The position numbers and the translations under genes were made by a program. Below, piece after piece: positions 25,443 through 31,497 of a stretch of DNA of 32,000 nucleotides; position 1 is the stretch's first letter, and each line of letters begins with the position of its first letter. Source of the DNA: an uncultured bacterium (GTDB lineage: Bacteria > Patescibacteriota > Gracilibacteria > UBA1369 > PNNO01); NCBI GenBank assembly GCA_963704705.1, contig OY969931.1, positions 330,001 to 362,000 on the forward strand. The letters are read 5' to 3'. Below the pieces are notes generated by a model. That model had not been told where the DNA came from and searched no databases. It saw only the letters and a program-made list of their open reading frames with translations.

Positions 25443-25477
25443 AAAAAACGACTGGCCTTAGGGTCAGACGGTTTTTT
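25443..25477 (+). terminator. bidirectional rho-independent terminator
   Basis: AAAAAA, then CGACTGGCC (25449-57), TTAG, GGTCAGACG (25462-70), G, TTTTTT. One A-A mismatch and one G-U pair. Confidence 0.6.
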
Positions 25478-25504
25478 ATTAGACGTTAGAAATGGTTCCC
25501 GTTG

Positions 25505-25543
25505 CTTGATAGCGCGGCGAATGAAATGAGCCGGACTAACAAG
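25505..25543 (+). other. conserved hairpin element, copy B
   Basis: Outer stem CTTG (25505-08) / CAAG (25540-43). Inner stem CGGC (25515-18) / GCCG (25530-33). Apical part GA-AT-GAA-AT-GA. Confidence 0.5.
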
Positions 25544-25555
25544 TACGCTTTAGTG

Positions 25556-25567
25556 TACCCGCTCCAA
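25556..25567 (+). repeat. 12-nt copy of the tRNA-Gly acceptor 3' strand plus CCA plus A (equals 24559-24570)
   Basis: TACCCGCTCCAA at both sites. Confidence 0.7.
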
Positions 25568-25587
25568 GCTTTTCACTTAATAACCCC

Positions 25588-25616
25588 TTGAAGAATATTG
25601 ATTATATCTTTATAGT
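25588..25616 (+). promoter_or_regulatory. candidate promoter of the module-3 SLH gene
   Basis: TTGAAG (25588-93), 17-nt spacer, TATAGT (25611-16). It is preceded by AACCCC, as is the promoter at 19547. Confidence 0.45.
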
Positions 25617-25646
25617 GATTTTTGGTATTATTTAACCTAATTTATC

Positions 25647-26639
25647 ATGAGAAGTGTTATCAGAGCGGCACTGATTCTTGCGTGCTTGTTTGCTGTGGCA
25701 CCATTGGTGTTTGCTGATATAGCAATACCTACCACTACTACTGTTTATTTCCAAATGAACGGACAGTCCTATGAAAAGCCTGTAGATTATACGGTGAATT
25801 GTTACGGTTATAATTATTCGCCTGACTCAATGGAAGCTCCTGCAGATTATGATCCAGCAAATCCGGATCTAGTTTATACATATCAGGCTTCTTGTCCTGA
25901 ATATGGCTGCGAAATAGATGAAGGATATTATTTGAATTATCGTCACATTGACTCTTGTGATGTTGAAGGGGAAACCGACGGAATGGTTTTTAAAATTGAG
26001 AATTATGCAACCACTCCATTACCTGAAGATTGTGAAGGTGACGGACTTGGAAGAACCTGTACCCAAACTTTTGACATTCCTGAATTAACCGAGCCTGAAC
26101 CTGTTTTTACTGATGTAGATTCTGGTAATAAATATGTTGAAGCCATCGGGTATGTGAAAGACGCAGGTATTGTTGAAGGATACGAAGACGGAAGTTATAA
26201 ACCTGATAGTGATATAACAAGAGCTGAATTTACAAAGATTATTATTGAATCAGCATATTCTGATACTGAAATTCAAGACTGTGTCCCTACAAAGGTTTAC
26301 CCTGATATCCCAACTGATGAATGGTATGAAAAATATGTATGTGTTGCCACCAACAATGGTATTATTGAAGGCTATCCGGACGGTGAATTTAAAGGTATAA
26401 ATAAAATAAATTTTGTTGAAGCAGCTAAAATTATTTCTCTTGGATTTAATTTTGAAGTTGGGTCGGCTATGTCTGGAGAGCAGTGGTATGTGCCATACGT
26501 TGAACTTCTTCAGTCAAAAAATGCAATTCCTGCAGATATAGATGCTGTGGATCATGACGTAACAAGAGGAGAAATGGCTGAAATGATTTATCGCCTTAAA
26601 GAGGAGATAACTAATAAACCCTCATCTCAATTACTTTAA
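25647..26639 (+). CDS. secreted SLH-domain protein with a Cys-rich N-terminal domain
   Basis: Signal peptide MRSVIRAALILACLFAVAPLVFA. The N-terminal ~150 aa contain 8 Cys. SLH-like repeats follow (FTDVDSGNKYVEAIGYVKDAGIVEGYEDGSYKPDSDITRAEF; YPDIPTDEWYEKYVCVATNNGIIEGYPDGEFKG; a third is degenerate). Confidence 0.8.
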   Translation: MRSVIRAALILACLFAVAPLVFADIAIPTTTTVYFQMNGQSYEKPVDYTVNCYGYNYSPDSMEAPADYDPANPDLVYTYQASCPEYGCEIDEGYYLNYRHIDSCDVEGETDGMVFKIENYATTPLPEDCEGDGLGRTCTQTFDIPELTEPEPVFTDVDSGNKYVEAIGYVKDAGIVEGYEDGSYKPDSDITRAEFTKIIIESAYSDTEIQDCVPTKVYPDIPTDEWYEKYVCVATNNGIIEGYPDGEFKGINKINFVEAAKIISLGFNFEVGSAMSGEQWYVPYVELLQSKNAIPADIDAVDHDVTRGEMAEMIYRLKEEITNKPSSQLL

Positions 26640-26648
26640 AAAAGCAAT

Positions 26649-27002
26649 ATGATTTATGAGACAAAGTTCTTAATATCACTTGCTCTTACTCTCATAATCG
26701 AAGTACCTCTCGTAGTCTTGATGGTTAAATATATAATCAAACTACGGGAGGTTTCTTTATGGAAAATAATTTTTGTAGCTTTTCTTGCTTCCGCGACCAC
26801 GCTGCCATATTTATGGTTTGTTATCCCACCTTATGTAGATGCCAGATTTTATATTTTATATGGTGAAATATTTGTGGTTGTGACCGAGGCATTTATCTAT
26901 AATCAGCTGCTAAAATTAAATATTATAAAAGCACTTCTTCTTTCAATAACCGTTAATTTAATTTCGTATTATTTAGGGAGACTAATTCTTGGATTATTTT
27001 AA
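26649..27002 (+). CDS. hypothetical small integral membrane protein (117 aa, about 4 TM)
   Basis: Starts 10 nt after the SLH gene. The hydrophobic helices carry conserved-looking acidic residues (IIEVPL, GEIFVVVTEAFIY). No His or Cys. No family recognised. Confidence 0.6.
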   Translation: MIYETKFLISLALTLIIEVPLVVLMVKYIIKLREVSLWKIIFVAFLASATTLPYLWFVIPPYVDARFYILYGEIFVVVTEAFIYNQLLKLNIIKALLLSITVNLISYYLGRLILGLF

Positions 27003-27035
27003 CTGGGATTATTATTAGCGAAAAAAGTTCTAACA

Positions 27036-27083
27036 TTGTTGTTTAAGCATGCGGTGAATGCGCAGCATGAACCGGAGTAGCAA
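27036..27083 (+). other. conserved hairpin element, copy C
   Basis: Outer stem TTGTTG (27036-41) / TAGCAA (27078-83, with G-U pairs). Inner stem CGGT (27052-55) / ACCG (27071-74). Apical part GA-ATGC-GCA-GCAT-GA. Confidence 0.5.
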
Positions 27084-27086
27084 TTT

Positions 27087-27096
27087 CCCCGCTCCA
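27087..27096 (+). repeat. fourth core copy, CCCCGCTCCA
   Basis: CCCGCTCCATT is shared with the copy at 24729-24739. It lies 1 nt from the stop codon of the convergent minus-strand gene. Confidence 0.6.
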
Positions 27097-27097
27097 T

Positions 27098-27619
27098 TTA
27101 AACATCTGGAAGCACTCCAAGCGAATCATTGAATCTGTTAATGAAGTTGAAAAGACCAATAACACTTGTTATTTCTACTATTTGTTCATCTGTAAAGTTT
27201 TCTTTCATGCCGTTAAAAACTTTCTTTTCAATATTGTAAGCATGGCAGGTTGATGCCTGAGTATATTTCATGGCGATTATTTCTTTTTCGTTATCAATTT
27301 TGCAAATTTTCTCGATTTCCTCATCGGTAAGCCCAAAATTCTTTAGTTGAATTTTAGCCACACTAACGCAAAATTCACATTTATTAAGTTCGGAAATTTG
27401 ATAAGCGACTTTCCATTTCAATAGTCTTTCAACTTTGCCTTCTCCCATGGTTGCCTGGAATAAATCAAAAAATCCAAGCATGATTTCTTCACGATTTGCC
27501 ATTACTCTTAACCATTTTGGAACATTTCCTGTAGATTTTTTAATTTGTTCAAATAAATCTTTTGCTTTGCCTTTTACTTCATCATCAGTAACAAGGTGTA
27601 CTAGAGGATCATTGGTCAT
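27098..27619 (-). CDS. carboxymuconolactone decarboxylase / AhpD-like family protein
   Basis: 173 aa, helical, with the CxxC-type motif of the family in the context SELNKCEFCVSVAKIQLKNFG. Confidence 0.78.
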   Translation of the reverse strand: MTNDPLVHLVTDDEVKGKAKDLFEQIKKSTGNVPKWLRVMANREEIMLGFFDLFQATMGEGKVERLLKWKVAYQISELNKCEFCVSVAKIQLKNFGLTDEEIEKICKIDNEKEIIAMKYTQASTCHAYNIEKKVFNGMKENFTDEQIVEITSVIGLFNFINRFNDSLGVLPDV

Positions 27620-27935
27620 TTTTAGTTTGGTTAATAATAGAAGTTAATGCATCAGATACTTTACCGTTAAATTCATTGTACTTAAGCCCTCTTTCTTCAA
27701 GAGCGCCTGTCATTTTAGGTCCGAATTTACCTGCAATCACAATATTAACTTTTTTATCTGCAAGCATTTTGACAACGCTAAATCCTGCTCCTCCACTACC
27801 AAAGCTGAATGGATTTTTAATTGTTTCTAATAGTTCTTCAGATTCATTGAAAATAAGATAATAAGGAGATCTGCCTGCTTTTTCATCTACGGCATCAGCT
27901 TTTGTTTTTCCAGTTGAAGCAATTGCTACTTTCAT
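27609..27935 (-). CDS. NifB/NifX-type (dinitrogenase FeMo-cofactor-binding fold) small protein
   Basis: 108 aa. MKVAIASTG...AGRSPYYLIF...GGAGFSVVKMLADKKVNIVIAGKFGPKMTGALEERGL matches the architecture of stand-alone NifX-like domain proteins. Confidence 0.78.
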   Translation of the reverse strand: MKVAIASTGKTKADAVDEKAGRSPYYLIFNESEELLETIKNPFSFGSGGAGFSVVKMLADKKVNIVIAGKFGPKMTGALEERGLKYNEFNGKVSDALTSIINQTKNDQ

Positions 27936-28444
27936 TTTTTTTTGGTTAATAATAAATGTTCGATAATTAGACCGTTAATTATTGAAAAGAGAATCATATA
28001 TATAGTTAAAATAATTACAAACGCTGATCCAAAATAATAAATCATCATTGGTAATAGGGGGATTTTAACAGCTCTGTTATAAAGAAAAATTACAATTAAA
28101 GAGTTTTTTACGCCTTTATCTTTTAAATCCGAAAGCAAGGGATACCACATATAAATTGGTCCTGATGATAATATTCCGAAGATAACAGAGAAGATATAAC
28201 CTTTTACACCAGATTCGTGACCTAACATTTTAGTTATCCTTTTTGAGTTCAGGAATAGATTTGAGATAAACATAAGTAGAAACACGATCACCAAAATCGG
28301 CAGAATTGAAACAACAAGACTGACAAAAGTATTTAAAGAATCAAAAAACAGAGGAGTATTAAAAACTGCAGATATTAAATAAGTGACTGTTACTATTATG
28401 AATAACTTAAGGCCACCGTCTGTTTTTACTAAAAGATTCTTCAT
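27932..28444 (-). CDS. predicted permease, C-terminal-half subunit (ArsP/DUF318-like two-component permease)
   Basis: 170 aa, 4-5 TM. Translationally coupled (4-nt overlaps) to both the upstream half and the downstream NifX-like gene. Family call is by architecture and resemblance only. Confidence 0.55.
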   Translation of the reverse strand: MKNLLVKTDGGLKLFIIVTVTYLISAVFNTPLFFDSLNTFVSLVVSILPILVIVFLLMFISNLFLNSKRITKMLGHESGVKGYIFSVIFGILSSGPIYMWYPLLSDLKDKGVKNSLIVIFLYNRAVKIPLLPMMIYYFGSAFVIILTIYMILFSIINGLIIEHLLLTKKK

Positions 28445-28869
28445 AAGAAAAATTGAAGAGTAATGGTTGTTAAAATCGCTATTAAAATTGCAGAAATGAA
28501 AGCAAGGATATTGCGATAAATTGTAAATTTTTTTCCAAGCATGAGAGATTCAGCAGGTAGCTGTACAACGCCCACAGTTACCCAGGTTAAAATGAATGCA
28601 GTAACCGCAACAAGGCTAATCCCCTGATTTATAAATTCTCCTCCTAAAATATAGCTATTTATTGGATTTCCTAGTGCAATACTTCCTAAAATAGCCCCAA
28701 TTATTGGATCTAAAAGGTTGTTTCCGGTAAATATTTGTTTAAAAAAGTCTTTTGGAATTGCATTAATTAAAAAAGAAATCAGAAGCAGAATTGCAATAAT
28801 TATTGGTATGCTTTTTTTTAGGGCATTGCAAGTTTGCTTTGCTGAATTTTTTATATTTATTAAATTCAT
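28441..28869 (-). CDS. predicted permease, N-terminal-half subunit (ArsP/DUF318-like)
   Basis: 142 aa, 4 TM. The segment DPIIGAILGSIALGNPINSYILGGEF is reminiscent of this permease family. Confidence 0.55.
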   Translation of the reverse strand: MNLINIKNSAKQTCNALKKSIPIIIAILLLISFLINAIPKDFFKQIFTGNNLLDPIIGAILGSIALGNPINSYILGGEFINQGISLVAVTAFILTWVTVGVVQLPAESLMLGKKFTIYRNILAFISAILIAILTTITLQFFL

Positions 28870-28874
28870 ACATT

Positions 28875-28891
28875 AATAAGCTATGCTTATT
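28875..28891. promoter_or_regulatory. 17-bp perfect palindrome next to the operon start codon; candidate operator
   Basis: AATAAGC-TAT-GCTTATT lies 6 nt upstream of the ATG (28869-28867, minus strand) and downstream of a TTGACT box (28905-28900, minus strand). Confidence 0.3.
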
Positions 28892-29049
28892 ATTTTGAGA
28901 GTCAATATTAAATTACTTTAATTCTGTTATAATAAACTAGTAATAGTTAAATGTTTTTTTTGCTGTGGAAATGTTAGTCCCATGTCCTGCAAATCCATGT
29001 TCTTCATCAAAAAAATTTTCTATTTCAGCCTGTAATTTTTGGTATTATA

Positions 29050-29256
29050 TTGGTTGAATATCATAATATTTGGGTTTGGGATTGGATTGTTCTTATTACA
29101 ATAACTGGATGGGGTTTGCTTATTGGAGGTATTTTACTTACCATCTTTCCAAAGTTTATGTCTTTTCCTAAGATACTTTTTGATAATTCTAAACTATGGG
29201 GAGTACTTGCTTTAGTAGTTGGAATTATATTCGGATATTTTGGATTTATAATCTAA
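29050..29256 (+). CDS. hypothetical small membrane protein (68 aa, 2 TM, TTG start)
   Basis: Two clear hydrophobic helices. No other support. Confidence 0.4.
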   Translation: MVEYHNIWVWDWIVLITITGWGLLIGGILLTIFPKFMSFPKILFDNSKLWGVLALVVGIIFGYFGFII

Positions 29257-30737
29257 GCCTCAACATGAACTTCAGCTGTTTTATTTAAATCTATCTTAGA
29301 AATAAACAGTGCGAGAATTGCTCCTATAAATACAATTATTGCCGAGGTAGTATAAACAGTGTCATAGCCATTGATTTGAGCCTTTAATGAAATCAATCCA
29401 ACAAACTGTTGATATTGATTTATGGTTGTTCCAAAAAAGCTGCTTAATGATGCGATATTAAGCGCATGGTTTCCAATTGATGAATTTAACAAACTTCCAA
29501 ATATTGCTATTCCGAAAGCACCTGCGATGTTACGTGCAAGCGCAAGTATTGACGAAGCAATGCCTATTTCATGATTCGGAACTACTGCTGCAATAATATT
29601 TGTTCGTTGAGCCATTCCAAATCCCATTCCAAACGCCATTATGGTCAATGGAATTATTATATCCAGTGTTGTTGAGCGGGCATCCAGTCCGGTGAATAAG
29701 TACAGACCTAAAGCCGCAACCGCTGTGGAGGCGGCAATTACATATTTCGGCTGGATCTGTCCCGTGAGTTTCCCCCCTAGTGCTGCGGCGATCATCATGG
29801 CGGCAGCCATAGGCATAAAAAGATAACCGGTTTGTGTTGCGTCCAATCCAAGAAAGGTCTGGGCAAAAATCGGCACAAGAAACAGGCTGCCCATCATTCC
29901 CATAAATATAATGAAATTGTTTATTATTGTTTGAACGAAAATTTTATTTTTAAAGAATTTCAAATCAACAATAGGTTCTTTTTGATTTTTTTCAATATGA
30001 ACAAATGTGAACAGACCGACAATAACAACAAAATAACTTATTAAACTGTTTATACCCAACCATCCCCAGTCTTGGCCTTTATCTAAAACAAGAACTAAAG
30101 CCGAAAGTGCAATACCTAAAATTATGGCACCCTTAAGGTCAAATCCCGCTATTTTTTTGTGTGATTTGGATTCTGCAATAAAAGCCATTGCCATAAAAAG
30201 TCCGATTATACCTATTGGAAGATTAATCAAGAATACAGATCGCCAACCAAAAGTATCAATTAAAGGTCCGCCTATTAAAGGCCCAAAAACAGCAGCAGCT
30301 GCAAATGATGCCGACCATATACCAAGTGCTTGTGAGCGTTCTTTATTGTCAGTGTAAGTAACCGCAAGAATTGCCATGGCAGTAGGATAATCAGCTGAAC
30401 CCGCAATCGCCTGAATAATTCTGAAAACAATCATTGAAGATAAATTCCAGGCAAAACCAGCGAGAATTGATCCGACAATAAATATCGAAAAACCCAGAAT
30501 ATATATTTTTTTTCTTCCCAAAATATCACCGAGCTTTCCCCAAACAGGTACAAAAATAGCATTTGCTAAAATATAAGCTGTTGCAATCCAGCCTGCAGAG
30601 CTGACAGAAATATGAAAATCATTTATTATATGCGGTAAACCAAGGTTTACAATAGTTTGATCAAGCCTTCCCAAAAACGTACCAATAATAACGGTAAGAA
30701 GAATTAATCCTTTTGGTATACCTTTTTTCTCAGCCAT
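29253..30737 (-). CDS. MFS transporter, DHA2 (EmrB/QacA-like, 14-TM) drug:H+ antiporter family
   Basis: 494 aa. LDQTIVNLGLPHI and WGKLGDILGRKK (MFS motif A), a GP-rich motif C (AAAAVFGPLIGGPLID) and a 14-helix layout. Confidence 0.88.
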   Translation of the reverse strand: MAEKKGIPKGLILLTVIIGTFLGRLDQTIVNLGLPHIINDFHISVSSAGWIATAYILANAIFVPVWGKLGDILGRKKIYILGFSIFIVGSILAGFAWNLSSMIVFRIIQAIAGSADYPTAMAILAVTYTDNKERSQALGIWSASFAAAAVFGPLIGGPLIDTFGWRSVFLINLPIGIIGLFMAMAFIAESKSHKKIAGFDLKGAIILGIALSALVLVLDKGQDWGWLGINSLISYFVVIVGLFTFVHIEKNQKEPIVDLKFFKNKIFVQTIINNFIIFMGMMGSLFLVPIFAQTFLGLDATQTGYLFMPMAAAMMIAAALGGKLTGQIQPKYVIAASTAVAALGLYLFTGLDARSTTLDIIIPLTIMAFGMGFGMAQRTNIIAAVVPNHEIGIASSILALARNIAGAFGIAIFGSLLNSSIGNHALNIASLSSFFGTTINQYQQFVGLISLKAQINGYDTVYTTSAIIVFIGAILALFISKIDLNKTAEVHVEA

Positions 30738-30740
30738 ATT

Positions 30741-31385
30741 TTATTGTTTATAAATCCAGACTTTTGCTGACATGCCATCTTTAAAATGAGGATAATTATT
30801 CTGGTTATATTTGATTTTTATATCAAAATTTTTAATTTCGCGTTTGTCAGAAATACTAAAAACAACATCGTCAGAATTACTTATTTCTTTTACTTCTTCA
30901 ACAGTTCCTTCAAATTCCTCAGTACCGAATACATCAACTGTGAATTTAACTTTTTGCCCTTCATGGATATCTTTTAAACCCTTGTCTTCGGGGATGCTGG
31001 CTACAATACGCATTTCAGCAGGATCGTACATTGTTACAACAGCCTGTCCTGGATTATAGATCGCTCCAAAATCCTGTTTAACTGTTGCTATTATTCCTGG
31101 AATTTCAGCGGAAATAATGTCATAGCCAACTTTTGCGACTGATTCATGAGCCTGTACTTTTTGTCCTTCTTGTACATAAATTTCTTTAAAAACACCTTTC
31201 TCTTCAGGAGTAAGTTGAATTAATGGCACACTAACTACTGCTTTATCAGAATAAATATATTTTTGCGAATCCAGCCAATATAAAACTCCCACAACTGTAC
31301 CTATAATAATAAATAAAAGTAATATAGGAATTGCTATTTTGCGAACATTTTGCTGGCTTGATTTTGGTTTATCTTCTTGTTCCAT
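30741..31385 (-). CDS. HlyD/EmrA-type membrane-fusion (periplasmic adaptor) protein, short form
   Basis: N-terminal TM anchor, a biotinyl-lipoyl-like hairpin (GVFKEIYVQEGQKVQAHESVAKV) and a beta-barrel C-terminus. It sits immediately upstream of the MFS gene (3-nt gap). Confidence 0.75.
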   Translation of the reverse strand: MEQEDKPKSSQQNVRKIAIPILLLFIIIGTVVGVLYWLDSQKYIYSDKAVVSVPLIQLTPEEKGVFKEIYVQEGQKVQAHESVAKVGYDIISAEIPGIIATVKQDFGAIYNPGQAVVTMYDPAEMRIVASIPEDKGLKDIHEGQKVKFTVDVFGTEEFEGTVEEVKEISNSDDVVFSISDKREIKNFDIKIKYNQNNYPHFKDGMSAKVWIYKQ

Positions 31386-31418
31386 AACAGTATCTGTAAC
31401 AGGATTTTTTTAGTAGCT

Positions 31419-31447
31419 AATATATAAGTTTTTTAAACATTTGTCAA
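31419..31447 (-). promoter_or_regulatory. candidate promoter of the adaptor-MFS operon
   Basis: On the minus strand: TTGACA (31447-42), 17-nt spacer, TATATT (31424-19). Confidence 0.45.
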
Positions 31448-31452
31448 TAGTG

Positions 31453-31484
31453 AAAAAGCCCCTGTAATTTTACAGAGGCTTTTA
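31453..31484 (-). terminator. bidirectional rho-independent terminator after the HtrA-like gene
   Basis: AAAAA, then GCCCCTGTA (31458-66), ATTT, TACAGAGGC (31471-79), TTTT. 8 of 9 positions pair. Confidence 0.6.
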
Positions 31485-31497
31485 TTGATTTTAATTA

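Larger units (their letters stand above)
24570..27096 (+). mobile_element. putative tRNA-Gly-anchored array of three cassette-like modules (24570-24737, 24738-25567, 25568-27096); no recombinase seen
   Basis: Each module ends in a direct copy of the tRNA 3' end, preceded by a homologous hairpin element. All cargo ORFs are on the plus strand. The flanking genes on the right switch to the minus strand exactly at 27098. Confidence 0.4.

Noticed and set aside
25413-25490. A canonical integron attC site (GTTCTAAC ... GTTAGAA, 78 bp).
   Set aside because: The motifs deviate from RYYYAAC/GTTRRRY. The interior is dominated by an ordinary terminator plus a 19-nt unpaired segment. No intI gene or attI/Pc context is present. 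I keep it only as a loose analogy in the findings.
25528-25566. Resemblance of GAGCCGGA... to the start of a group II intron domain V (GAGCCGUAU...).
   Set aside because: There is no complementary 3' strand, GNRA loop or domain VI. There is no reverse transcriptase or intron-sized element, and the match is only about 7 nt.
24495-27096. A CRISPR array.
   Set aside because: The repeats are degenerate (22, 12 and 10 nt cores). Spacing is irregular at 168, 830 and 1530 bp. The 'spacers' contain full genes with promoters. No cas genes are present.
28921-29049. A minus-strand 35-codon open frame (...KLQAEIENFFDEEHGFAGHGTNISTAKKTFNYY*) upstream of the permease operon.
   Set aside because: It has no start codon of any common type and no recognisable family. 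It could be a gene remnant, but that cannot be supported from the sequence alone.
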